DNA of 62,986 nt, filler included, from Reclinomonas americana ATCC 50394 (GCA_048213135.1; 7 parts of 4 records of this genome joined end to end with filler, not necessarily neighbours in it); one strand, 5' to 3'; positions 24,800 to 38,200 are shown, numbered from the whole stretch's first letter. Numbers and translations: made by a program. The notes: generated by a model from the sequence alone, not told the origin.

Positions 24800-27526
24800 A
24801 TGAGAGAAAGTCGCGTCTTTCGACCTCCTTCTCCTCTCTCTCCTCTCCTCTCTCGGCTCACGCATTCCCTTGCAACACAGGGAGATTACTTGTACCACCA
24901 CTGCTGCTGCTATTGCTGCTGTTGCTGCTGTCAGTGATCAGGTGTGCTGCTTGTCTTGCAAGAATCACATTGTCGTGTTTCTCACTTTCTCCTCACACAC
25001 ACACACAGTCATGCGCAGTCAAGTGACGGTCTGTCTGCCTCACTCACCTTGTGCGTGCAAGCACGTTCTCACTCTTTCCGCAGTCTTGTCTCTGGAGGCC
25101 ACAGACGACGAGCTCTTTGTCGAGGACCTTGTCAAGGACATTGGCGCAGAGGCAACTCTGAGCATGGAGTGGGAGGTGCCGAGTGCAGCACTCTCTCTGT
25201 TGCTGCGGGAACATGGCGGTGATCGATTTACTCTCCGCTGGTCTGCTCTTCTCTCTCTTGCTTTTCCGTCCCGTTGATCGTCGTTTTGGTGAAAGTCTCG
25301 TTGATGCCGCAGGATTGGCTCCGACGATGTGCTGGAGAGCCGTGGACGCGGTGGCGGCGATGCGCCTCTGGTACGAGTCTCTCGCGGCGATTGTCAGTCG
25401 TACAAGGCGGTGAGGAGTCAGGCGGCGCTGACGCAGTGGGCCAATGGCGGGTGCGCGATCCGCTTTCGCACTGGACCGCTGGTCTACAGCGATGCGGCGT
25501 CGTGGAACAAGGTGCGACGGGTGGTGGACTCTGTCTTGTCGGAGAGCGCTCGTGCTGATCGATTGTGACCGCAGGTCAAGGTGTTTATGAGCAACACGGT
25601 GCGGGCTGCCATCAACGGCCTCGTCAGGGACACCAGCAACAGCAAGGTGCACGTGGCACCAGTGAGCGGTTGCGTGCATGGATTGTGTGTTCGTGTTTGT
25701 GTTGCACGGGTGGGCGCCAACGCTGTTGTTTTGTGTGTGCAGCCATGATCCAGCACATGAACGAGTTGCGCATCGGCAGTGCTTCCGATATCTGTGATGC
25801 TTTGGTTGGTTGACTCGTTTTTGGCGAGCGCAGTGCGGCTGGTGGCGATCGCGACTTGCAGGCGCAGCTTACTGGCTCCAAGCCCAATCATCCCGACCAG
25901 CCTCCGGTTTGTGCACTCTTCCTCACATAATATTATATCTCCCTCTCACTCCCTCTCTCGCCAGACTCGGAGACTCAGGAACCGCAAATACGTGCCCGTG
26001 GTCATGCGATTGGCGTCTTCCCTCGGCGCACCGATATCCATCGATTGTCGTCCGCGAGTTGCGTGCTGTCACCCGTGCACCTTCCAGGCGCACTCGTCTC
26101 ACTCTCTGAACTATCGCAGGTCACCTTTGTCGTCCAGCTGCGCAACTTCGTGAGATCCACGTTGCGTCTTTTGACGGCTTGCATCCAGTGATGCGCATTC
26201 TCATCATGTCGCGCGCACAGTAATTTCAGCAACTCGTGGTGGTCCTTTGGTGGCGAAACGACGACGGTGAGGAAGTTGTCTCGACAACACACCTCTGCAG
26301 CTGCTGACTTTGACGTCGATGTGTATGCAGCCGCCGGTCTTCAACGGCAAGCTTGTGCAGACATTCCTCGCTAATGCCGGCACCAGCGCCAGCGACGTGA
26401 CTGCACGCAGCGATGCGCTGGCAGCCCTCCTCACCAGTGTTGGTTTCAGTGCGCCGTTTACCACCGACGAGGTGCGACCGAGGCCGCGTACGAACCTGCA
26501 TGCCTTCTCATCACTGATCTACTCACTGCTGTTGCAGGATTTTCAAGCCACCTGGCTCGTTCTCGGCGCCACTGTCGGACACCTCTGTGCGTCTCTCGTC
26601 ACTGTGATGTTGCTGTATCGAGCTGCGCTCACCTTCGTTGGTGTGTGCACACAGCGTTTGCGGTGTGGGCCACCAAGACAAATGCCAACGAGAACACGGA
26701 CGTACGCTACGACAGGCGCGACTGGATGTCGTCGGCGGTGATGGAGGGAGTTGCGTTGAAGCATGTGTCACTGCTTGAAGCATCGGCTCACGTGCATCAA
26801 CGCAGCCCTACAATCGACCAATGTGGAACTTCTTGCCCAAGGCCCGCCTGCGCGACCTGGTCAAAGCCGTCGCACAGAAATCAACGAGCATGCACAGTTT
26901 GAAGCCGGGTTACACCGGCACGGGCTGGACGACGCTGACCAAGCTCAAGAAGCGTTTCATTTTCGGCCGCAAACGAATGGTCGACGAGGACAAGATCAAA
27001 GCCATTGTCGATGCCTTTTGGGGACCGGCACCCAGTTGCGTCACTCACTTGTTCAGCAACGGGGGGAGCACGACTGAATATATATCGCATTTGCACGACC
27101 AGCGCAAGGCGAGATCGACAGCACCACCGACAAGAATCAGCAGGGAGTTGCGCTTCTCTGCATGCCTTTTCCTCCGCTCATGTGCTGACAACTCTGCTCT
27201 CTTCCTCGCTCGCAGCTGCTGAAGATCCGACGTCGCGTGCGCCCCATTTTCGAACACATGCTCAGCGACGTGTTNNNNNNNNNNNNNNNNNNNNGCAGCA
27301 AGTGTTTGGCCCGATGCGTGCGTCCCCAGCCAGCCTTCCACGAGTGCGCGCGTGTCACACCACTCTCACTCGTCGCACAGGCCACATGCGTGAGCGCAAG
27401 ATGTTTCGCGCGGCACCTCACGCCTCCTCTGTCAGGCGCCTCGCCAATCAGTTGTCGCTGGTGATCGAAAACCGCATGTTGCGTTGGCGTCTACCCAAAG
27501 CGTGCCCTCGACAAGTGATTGACTCT

Positions 27527-27569
<43 letters not shown>

Positions 27570-27707
27570 ATCATCTGCTTTGATTCGCACAGTGGTGACC
27601 GCGATCTGAGCATCCGCATCGCCTCTGAGGGCACTGTCTCCTTTGCAGACGACGCTCTCGCTGAGAAGGCTCGAGTGCGATACGCGGAGACCAATTCAAT
27701 GCAATGA
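24800..27707 (+). CDS. Secreted protein of unknown function, 18 visible introns
   Basis: Splicing gives [35 protein letters not shown] (signal peptide) and a continuous frame to TGA 27707, apart from a small N-gap. No family recognised. Confidence 0.7.
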
Positions 27708-28068
27708 ACCAACCTTGTGCTTCTTCTGTCTCTCATCCACTCATATCGAGTCCATTGTGGCACAACACAGTCTCCCTCTCTCTGTGTGTGTACGAGAGAG
27801 AAGGGGAGAGAGAAAGAGAGAGAGCACACGCGCGACCGTGCGTGCGTCTCCCTCCCTCTCTCTATCTGTCTGTCTCTCTGTGTGTGCGCGAGAGACAGTG
27901 TGTGGAGACGCGCTGGCCACACATTACACACACTCTCTCATTACCAGCGGTCTTCTCACTTGCGCGCACGTGAGGGGTGAGTGTGTGCGCATATAGACAC
28001 CACCATAATGTCGACTAGCCGTTTTCGTCACACATTGACACCCTCGTCTCTCACACACACTCTCACAG

Positions 28069-29754
28069 ATGAGTAACCCATATGAGCTCCTCGTGCGACA
28101 CTTGGCCTCTCAGCCAAGGTTCGTGCACTCACACACTTACTCACCAATCATTTCGCTCGTCCTCAATCAGTCAGCGTGACCACAACAGACACGCTGCGGT
28201 GTTGGCGCACACGTGCAAGCCGAGCGAGTCTGATGGACTTGCCCGCGCACTGCTCTCGTTTGCGTCGCAGTTGACCGGAGCTCCACTTCTGCTTCTGCGG
28301 CATCTGTTGACACAGGAGTTCCGCGCTCACGCCGCCACTGTGCCGCAAAAGATCCTCCGCTCCAACACCATCACCAGCAAGCTGCTGGGCTTGTATGCAC
28401 GCAAGCTGGGCTCGGATTACCTGCGCCTCGTGTTGCGTGGCTTGACCATGGAGCTCATGCAGAAGGAGACGGCGGTGAATCTGGAGTGCGATCCAGAGTT
28501 GCGCGCCGCCACCTCTCCATTTCTCTCTTTCGTGTGTGCACCACCACTTGCCGACGCCTCTTTCTCTCTCTGTGTGTGTATGTGTACGCAGTCGGCTAAA
28601 GGACAGCAAGAAGCCGAAAAAGGCGGCACAGCAGGGTCTCAAGCAGCTGCGCGAGTGGACTGTCAAGTTTCTCGACACGCTGACGGCCTCCGACAATGTG
28701 GATCAGCTGCCACGTGAACTGCGCGCTGTTACGCACTACATTCGCCAGCTGGCGTTGGAGTATGACTTGGATGCGGCGCCAGGGTGCTCAGTCACCGGGT
28801 GTATCGGCGGTTTTTTCATGCTTCGGTGAGTTTTTACTGAGGCGGGAGAAGCGCACAATGTTGGCGCACGGGATATCGCATCATTATCTCGTGCCGCTTC
28901 TTTCTTCGCTTCATACGCGTGCGATCACTGGGCACTGCTTGGCCCCGATGCTTTCTTTCTCCCCATTTCCGTTTCCGTCTCCCCCATTTCTCTTCGCCTT
29001 TTCTTCCCTCTTTCTCACCTCGTTCTTCTCTCACCCCGCAGGTTCATCTGCCCGGCCGTCATGGTGCCCTCGTCTTTCGGCATTCTGCCCAACTCCTTCT
29101 CGCCCTCCGCGCACGTGCAACGTAACCTCACGCTGCTGGCCAAGGTGCTACAAAAGATGGCCAACGACGAGACGTTTGATCAGGAAGGGGAGCCTTATCT
29201 GGCCCCCATCAATGACTTGCTGCTGTCGAAACGCGTGCAACTGAAGCGCTTCCTCTTGCGACTGGCCGATGACCCGTACATTTATCGTTTCGTTAGACTT
29301 CTGCGCCTTGCTGTTGAGCGCCTGGCTGAATGGTCGTCCGTGCAGATGTTCCCGGTCGTGTGGCGTTCGGTGACCTGCGTCTGACATCGGCCCAGATTTC
29401 CAGCAGTCCGGAGGCTGTCATATTATCGCTGATTGACCGAAAGGACTTGCTGCTGCTGCATCGCATGGTCCACCGCAACAGTGACATGCTGATGACCATG
29501 TTGCACGATGAGATTCACGATGGTGCATCCCTCTCTCTATTCCCGTCTCTCTCTCCCTCTCTCGCCGCCGCTCACTCCTGTTTCTTCTTTTTTTTTTGGC
29601 AGCCTCGATCAGCGGCGACGCGCCGGATGTCGACGCCCGCACAGCGGCCGATGCCATTTTCATGGAAATCGTTCACCAGCTCGGTCCACCACCCAAACCC
29701 GGCCACACGCACACAAGATCGGCACCCGGCTTCCAGCTCGACGAGGCCGATTTC
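28069..29754 (+). CDS. Ras GTPase-activating protein (RasGAP domain); frame runs open into the gap
   Basis: ILRSNTITSKLL (arginine finger), GSDYL, LECDP, IGGFFMLRFICPAVMVP signature, RNLTLLAKVLQKMAN, EPYLAPIN. Confidence 0.92.
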
Positions 29755-29854
29755 NNNNNNNNNNNNNNNNNNNNNNNNNNNNNNNNNNNNNNNNNNNNTT
29801 AATTAATTAANNNNNNNNNNNNNNNNNNNNNNNNNNNNNNNNNNNNNNNNNNNN

Positions 29855-30493
29855 ATCACGGCGTTCCCATGCTAACGACGGCCGGTGGCGGTGGTGCTGG
29901 CGTGGTCCCACGCACTCCTTCTGGCGAAATGCGCGCCTCCAACTCGGAGGCCAGCGAACTGGATCCCAGCCACATCAACACATCCTCCTTGTCGCACTCG
30001 CCTCCACCATCTCCGCACCCCAACCGTGGTGGCTCGCCCACTCTCTTGCCGTCGTTGGATGAGGATGCGTCGGAGGCATCGGTGGCCAGCGTGTGGTCCA
30101 GACCACTAGCGGTTGACCGATTGGACTCTCTCATGGAAGTGCCGCCACCCGAGGTCGTGCAGCAGTGGGTGGAGGAGCGGCGCGATGAGCTGCTCGAGCA
30201 GCAAATCATGCAGGAGGACCCCGACCTGGCCTCGGCTCTCGGCGCCGACGACGATCGCGCCGGTAGCTCCACTGATTCAGTCAAACAACAGCACCAGCAC
30301 CAGCATCAGCTGCCGTCGAGCTCCGCCGCACGCACCACAAACACCTCCGAGGACAGTGGCGACTCGTCAAAACTCAGTCGCCGTCGCAAGATTGGCTCCC
30401 GTCGGTTGACCGTCAACACGCACCGTGTGAACGATCCCGGTGCGTGACTGCACTCATTTCTGTCTCTCTCTCTACACACACACACACGCACAC

Positions 30494-30532
<39 letters not shown>

Positions 30533-33500
30533 AATCAAGAACTCACCACGGTATATCGTGCAGGACTGCCAGGAAAGATGGTCGCCGATTCACCAGCCCC
30601 CGACATGCACGTCGATCCGAATCAGATCATTTCACGGACGCGATTTCGACGCTCATCGTTCTTCAAGCTGGCCGACTCACCCGTGGTGGCTGCACGACTG
30701 GCGCGCACGCGTGGCAATGTGCTGCTGGGCATGTCACCGCTGGCGTCACCCACAGGTCGCATCCATTTGCACGTGCCCAAGTCTCGCAGTCGTCGAGCGA
30801 ACAAGGTGAGAGAAAGTAAGAAACGGGTGGGAATAAGAAGAGTACTGACATCTATCTCACCTGGTTTGTGCAGTCGGGAACGGGCAGCGATCGAAGTACC
30901 GCAGCGGAAGGAGGCGAATCGTCTGGTTCGGGGAGTGGTCTGGACACGTCACTGACCATGTCGCCGACGTCGGTGTTGGAGGAGCGGCCCGTCAATGGCG
31001 ACGCCGCCTCGTCTCCATCACCATCTCCTCCGCGACACACGGGTGTGGCGACCGGTCGCCGTGCCACACACGGGCGGTCACATCTGCAGGAGGCGAATGT
31101 GGCGCTCTCCGACATGGGCGACACTGACGACTCGTATCACTCGTCCGAAGCCGAGTTGCCGGCAGCTGTCGCAACTGCGGCCTCGACTCTGCCGACGCAC
31201 GTCTCCAACACTGTGCCGGTGGTGGAGATGGCTGTCGTGGCAGGTGGTGGTGTGGGTGATTCGACACCAAAGTTGGCCGTGTTATCGCCAACCTCGAGCG
31301 AAGGATCACTTGACAGCCCACAGGCCGTAGCGCGTCGCTCTCGGCCTGCGCCGCCAGCCGTCGATCCACCACCACCACGGATACCATTGCTGCCACAACA
31401 ATCGGTGGGTGGTGCATCGTCGTCGTCGTCGTCGACACCAACAGTGCTGCTGCCGCCGGCCTCGCCGCCCGCAATGAGTGCGTCGTCGCCGTCGGATCCC
31501 ACATCGCCGCCAGTCGGTGGAGTCGCGACGCCGAAGCTCTCGCGTGCCAATCAGTTGCATCCCAACAACATTACGGCACCGGAGCTGATGGCGCGCGGTC
31601 GGTCGCTTTCTCCGCCGGGCGGTGAGGCGGCCGACGATCGCGTGACTGTCCAGCCACCGTCCCCGGTGCTTCGTCGGTACGCCAGTGACCTCTCACATGT
31701 TCGCCTCGGGCGACACAGTCCACAACCTACGGCCGCCGCAACCCACGAGCGCATCTCCCACCGCATGCTCATGGATGCGCTGGAGTTTATGCCACCACCA
31801 AGCGAAACGTCGTCGGCTGGTGAGCGAGAAACTGTGACGGAGGGGCTGCTGTCGAGCGCGCGAGCAGGGCGTTCTCGCCGGCGGCGAAAGCCACCACTGA
31901 TGCGTGACGGTGGCTCCGCATCGCAGCAAAACTTGCTGCTACCGCGTGACGCCATGCGCGCTGTGAACTCTGTGGTGCGTTTTTCAACTGTTTTCTTGTG
32001 TTGCATCGCATTGTTTGTGTTGACAACTTGATCAGTCTCCAATTCCTCATCACCACCACCGACGTCGCCGTCGGAGGAGATCGCGATCGCATTCCGCCGC
32101 ATCCACCGCCTCAGATCAATCGCCGCATCGTGATCCACTGCTGCCTCTGTCTGTTTCCCCGTATCGCAACGCCGCCGCTGTGAATGCAGCAACGCCACCC
32201 GCAATTAGTGTCGCTGCTGCTGCTGCAGCCGAGCAGGTACGCTGTGCGCTCATGTCCTCCGATTCGCACATTTTATGTATCGGCAAGGCTGACTGCCGTA
32301 TGAATAGCCACCACTCTCCGCCGACCATCATCGTCATCATACCCACGCCTCCAACTTGAGCATGTCGTCAGTGACTTCACCGCTCCCGCCCGCCAACGAT
32401 GCCTCGTTTGGCGACAGCCTCGTATCGCCTACGGATGCACGAAGTGTCTTGAATGTGTCGGGTTCCGGCAGCGCAACGCGCGCCGGCGATACCTCCTACA
32501 CGCCCACTTCATGCAGCTCAATCGCACCGACACCACCGCCGCCTCCAACAACGCCGCTGCCGCCGACATCACCACCACAACTAATTGAAGGTGGTGAGGC
32601 GGCAGTCAAGTCGCGTTCGCAGCTGTTGTCGTCACCGCCGTCGCTGCCACCACCACCACCACCACCACCACCACCGCCGCCGCCGCCTCCTCCTCTGCTC
32701 GGCACCGCACCGCACTCTCAGCCAACTCAACAACACTCATCGCACCAACCACCACAACAACCGCCACCACCTCCTCGCCCGCCACTGGCGCGTCAGCGTC
32801 AACCGCCCACCACGCCGCCACCGCCGCCACCACCGCCGTCGTCGTCCGCGTCACCTCCGCAACCACAGTCGCCGAGCGCACTGTCGTCATCGCTGTCGAT
32901 GCCGGCTTCGTCGGCTGTGCGAGCTCCATTGGTATTGGACAGTGTCGACGGAGGCGGCGACCAGGACATGGCGAGCAAACGGCATTCGTGGCGCTTTCAC
33001 GACATTCGAGCTGTGTTTGATCACAACACTGTGTCGCCCACGAGTCCGGTGTCGGATCGCAACACCCACTCACCGGTGCTCCAGGAGTTGCGCAATCTCG
33101 GTCTCTCGCCCACATCGTCGTCGACGGTGGCCGAGCGTCTGGCGCGCTTCTCTTCTCCGACGTACGCTCGTGACGCGGAGACGAAGGTGTCGCCGCCAGT
33201 GCAAACTGCTCCATCTCGGGTGGCTGGCGGTCGACGATTGTCAGCGCTCATTCAGGATCGCATTCGTGTGTACCAGACGCCTGTCGGTGAGTAGAGTTAT
33301 TTCCTCCTCCTCTGTCGATTGACAGCAGAGTCTCACACCTTATCGACAGATTCGTTACCAAGCCGCGCCATGTCCACTGCCAGCTCTGGTGACGGGACCT
33401 CCGAGACAGCGTCGCCACCGCCGCCACCTGCACATTCACCGCCATCTCTGCCTCCATCGCCACCCATCCCACCACCACCTCCGCCGTCCGCATCCGTGCC

Positions 33501-35549
33501 GCTGCTGTCGTCGCCCTTTGCGAAACCGGCCGCCAATTCGCTGGCCACACCGGCCAGTGGTCGTTCGTCACTGGCGGTGAACCTGCAGAGGTCACCGGAT
33601 GCCGACGAGTTGCGTTCTGTGCGACAGTGAGTGGCCACAGATGTTATTGGTGTCTGACATTGTTTTCGCCGCCGCCGTGGCACAGTGATGCTGTTTCACA
33701 CGCCACTGCAACACCACACAGCCCCTACGTGGAGGGCGATCGTGCCTCGACACTGGGCGGTTTGTCGATTCGGCGACCCTCGGCAGCCACCATCGCCAGC
33801 TTTGCCAGTCGCGACAGGTGCATCTTTGTTGTCTGGCACCCGCCCCGCCACCCATTCTTCGCCTTGTGCTCACTCTACACATCTGTGCAGTGCACTGTGG
33901 TCTCCCATTGTCGCCGATCTGGCCGCTCTGGATGCACTGAGCACACCGGTGCATGTCGGTGGTGGTGTTGGCGAGCGGCAGCCAACCAAGGGTGCGTGTG
34001 GGTGTGTGTCTTCATTTCGTGATGCATCGGGTCACTGATTGTCTGCTGTGTCAATCGCAGTGCATGCGTCCATGGACCTGCCGCCGCCGCCCCTTTTGCT
34101 CCCCCGGCGTGAGAGATTGCCGCCTGGAATGGCCTCCATGCAGCGATATCGTCGCTCGGGAGACGCCAATGCGGCCTTCCACAACCAGCGGCCGGGTACC
34201 TTTACAGATCGAGTTGATGGAGTCGACGAGCAGGGTGATGGTGGTGATGCGTCGTCCACGGACACATCGGCTGGCACCGACGATGATGGCCGTGATGATG
34301 AGGGAGAGGAAGAGGAAGAGGAAGGGGAGGACGGGGAGGACGGGGAGGAGGAGGAGGAGGAAGAGGAGGAGGACGAGCAACCACCAGAGGAGTTTGACGA
34401 GGAGGGCACGCCGACGGAGACACTGCCGGCGCCAGTGTCGCTCGGGTCGAACATGACGCCGTCGGGCACGCGTGGACGTCCACTGTACATCCACACTAAT
34501 GCTGAGAGTGGTGGCACGCGACGCGGTTCAATCTTTATGGAGGTGCGCAACCCGCTGGGACCCATGTCTCCCAGTTCCGCTGCGCCGCCACCGTCGCTCG
34601 AGGTACGTGTTTTCCTGCTGTTGCTCTGCTTGGATACGGTGATGTCGAGCAACTGACGAGCGAGTTTCTGTCATCGTTTCCGTGCACACAGGCCACGTTT
34701 CCACCCATATCGCAGATGACGACGGTGCACGCAGTGGATATGGACGGCGAGCACGTGACCAACACGCACTGTACGACGACAAGTGTGACGGAGTTGCGAC
34801 GGAGCACGTCGCTGTCGCCAACACGACAGCGTTTTGGTGTGCGACCCACGGCGCTGCACATGGCACTGGACAATGGCGAGACGAATGGCTCGGTGCACGG
34901 CGACGAGACGCAATCACCGCAGAGTTTGATGACGGAGCAGACACCGCCGTGCTCGCCGCTGCTGAGCGCCACGGCGCATCCGAAACCGAGCTCGGTCACA
35001 TCGGTTACTGCCGCAGCGGCGGCCGCTGCTGCTGCCGCGGCTGCCGCCATGGTCAGCGGTGGACCTGTGGTGACGCCGACACAACTCGGTAACAGGCGAG
35101 CGCGATTCCACGTGCGTCGTCGGTCGTCGCGGACGGAGAGTATGGTGAGTTCCGAGGGCCGTCACTCCGTGGATCAGGAACACGAGCGGACCTTCGAGGT
35201 TGGCTCTGCAGCCGCAGCCGCGGCCACTCTTGCCGCCGAAACAGTGCGGCCGCGCTCCTCGTCTGTCCGCTCCATTGACGGCGCGGACGGCACCGCGGAG
35301 CCGGTCTGTGCACCCATTCAGGCCGCACCACCATTCCCCTTTGTCCGCACCGGTAGTGTGCCGTCTACTCTCGACGTTGCGTACGGTCGCCGTCGTGCAG
35401 TGTCTGCCGGCGATGATGTGACCGGCACTGTTCCTCGGCCTGCGGCCGAGTCGGGCCCCCTTCGTGCCGAGTGGGAGCGAGAGCAGCAGCGAAGACGAGG
35501 AGATTCTTTCGAGGTCTCAGCGGCGACAACAGCTGGTCCCTCCCGCTAA
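29855..35549 (+). CDS. Long Ser/Pro-rich disordered coding region, probably the C-terminal continuation of the RasGAP gene
   Basis: Large + strand exons (29855-30439, 30874-31975, ~32356-33287, 34061-34602, 34716-35549) joined by GT-AG introns, with poly-Pro and poly-Glu tracts; same strand as the open-ended RasGAP. Confidence 0.6.
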
Positions 35550-35680
35550 CCTTACATGTTTTAATATTATTAACTCGCACGCCCGCGCCCTGGGCTTGCT
35601 GTGTACTTTTTCTAAACCACCCCCCAACCAAGCATTAAATGATATCGTTTGCTGTTATTGATGATTGATTGTGGGCAAAA

Positions 35681-38200
35681 TTAGATTGCGAAATGCCGCG
35701 CTGCTGTGCTTCCGCCAAACGACGATCGGCTGCGCAATCTTTGCAGCACGGGTGCAGAGCCAGCGATTGCTGTTGCTGCTGGCGCTGGTGCCGGCTTCAA
35801 ACCGGGTGAGCCCATCGAACCGCGCGACGAACTCGAGCCGGTGCGCATGAGAACACTGGCGACGGTTCCGGATCGCTTCACCAACTCTGGTCGAGTCAGT
35901 GAGGAGGCGCGCCGAGCCATCAGCAAATTGCTGTTGCTGCGAGTCTTAGCCAGGGACTCGGCCAATCGGAAGACATCATCGGCCGCCGGGTCGCTTGTCG
36001 GATCCTTTTGCCCGGTGGCCACCGAGCTCCGGGAGCGCTGGCGCTGCAGCCGACCGGCCTCGATGCGATGCCGATCGTCGATGCACCGCTGTCGCAACAA
36101 TTCACGCTCCACCGGCCCGAGGCCCGAGGCGCCGTCGTACTGTGCGCCCGACAATTCCAGTCGATACCCCTCGGTGCTCCACAGCAAGCGCGCGTGCGGG
36201 ATAAAGAGGCTTGGCAGCGATCGATCAGCTGGTGTGGTATTCGCCGCGTGCGCCGCCACTCGCAACGCCGCGCTAATGTCCCAGCAGCGCACGGTGCAGT
36301 CCTCACCGCCCGTGTACAGCATGCTGTCGTTGTCGAGTGCCAGAGCCATGGTGTTGATCTCCTGCGGCGTCACGAGCAGAGTGCCGCATGAGCGGCACTG
36401 CGAGCCAGTCGAGAGGTCGAATAGTCGCACAGTGCGATCCGCACTGTACACACGAGTGTGAGTGCGCATCTGAGGCACGGGAGAATGCAGGTAGGGAGGG
36501 CGCGCACCTGCCGGTGAGGAGCCATCGACCGCATCGTGAGTACACCACCGCTCGAACTTCGTCGGTATGCGCTCTCTTGGCTCGGAACAGAGCATCGCCA
36601 GTGGCCGCCGACCAGAAGCGGATACTCTTGTCCCAGCTGCCGGCGGCAACCAGTGCGACTGAATCGGGAGAGAAGGCAATCGCCAGCGCCTGGCGAGTGT
36701 CGGCACGCAGCGCTTGTCGGCACGAGTACGTCTCCGTGTCCCTGTGTATCAGAAAGTGTGCGGATCAGTGCACACCGACAATAAAAAATATATATACATG
36801 CAATGAGTGTGCACATGAGAGCGGCGAACCAGATGCGAACAGTGGCGTCCTTGCTGGCCGACGCTATCCATTGACCGTTCGGCGAGTACGCCACATCCAT
36901 CACCCAGTCCGAGTGACCGCCACTCATCGCATCCATGACGGCAACTTCCTCGTGTCGCGCCACCGACCACACACGCACGGCACCGTCCGAGCCGCCAGAC
37001 AGCACAAACTGGCCGTCGGGTGCAAATCGCACGCTGCGCACGTGAAGCAGCAACCGGTCAGACTACAACTATTCAACTGCAGAGTGAAACTCACGACTCG
37101 CACCAGTACACACGGCCTGCGTGCCCGCGAAGTGACCAGATGGCCTGCCCATTCAGCACGTTCCACAGACGCACCATGCCGTCGTCGTACCCGGCCACTG
37201 CTGTGAGTTGATTTGGTGCGCACTCGATGGCATTGACGCGACCGCCATGGCTCTGTTCCCGGATGACGCGAACCAATGCGCCAGTGGCTGTCTTCCACAC
37301 TCGAATCGAGCCGTCCCAGCTGCACGACACCGCCAGACGTCGATCACACGTCAACGACACGGCACGCACGGGGCCCGTGTGTCCCTCTCCTCGCGTCACA
37401 GTTTCTCCACCAAACAAATCATGCAGCCGCACAGTCTTGTCCTCGGAGCCCGACACCAGAATGCTGCCATCGTGCGAAAAGGTGACACTGGTACGTGCAG
37501 ACAATATGTCAGACAATACAAACATACATGCAGTCTATCAGACGGGGCCTTGCGTACCAGTTGACAGTGTCGGTGTGCGTCTCGATGGTGGTGATCAGAC
37601 GACCGGTACCAGTGGACCACAGTCGAATGGTGCGATCGCTGGCTGCCGTGCCCACAAATCCATCGACCGCAAACTGAATGTCGTGCACCGCACCCGTGTG
37701 TCCCTCCAATCGCGTGCGCACAGTGGCCACTGTGCCGACGGTGCCCGAATGCTGCAATTCCACACTCGTATCCCACAGCATTACCAAGCTGCGGTATGTG
37801 CNNNNNNNNNNNNNNNNNNNNNNNNNNNNNNNATGAATGAAGTGAGCACAGAAAAGCACATTCTGCGCGCGCGTGCGTGCACACGTACCCATCTTCCGAG
37901 CCGGTTGCCATGGTGCGCCCGTCGGCAGCAAACGCAATGGACATGAGCGGGAGGCTGTGGGCAGTCACCGCCGCCGATGTCTCCACTCCAGTTTTCGGAT
38001 CGATGATGCGGAGCGAGCCGTCTTCGCAGCCGAGAGCCAGCGAGGCTCCGTCGGGAGTGAATCGCATGCAGCGCACGGGGGGCAAGCTAATTTCGGGGGT
38101 GGCCCACACGGCAAGGCACTCGCCACTGTCGACCATCCACAGTCGAATCGTCTCGTCGTCGCTGGCGGACGCCAATGCCGCGCCGTCGGTCGAGAACGAC
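35681..38200 (-). CDS. Multi-WD40-repeat protein, 5' partial
   Basis: More than 10 repeats such as ASASDDETIRLW, LEGHTGAVHDIQF, SGSEDKTVRL, SCSWDGSIRVW, GHSDWVMDVAYSPNGQWIASASKDATVRIW, TGGEDCTVRCWD. Confidence 0.92.

Noticed and set aside
33609-33627. Additional shifted donor at 33609
   Set aside because: An ordinary GTGAGT at 33627 has the same phase, so it is ambiguous and not counted. GTTGCGT near 28433 and 57052 lies inside exons.
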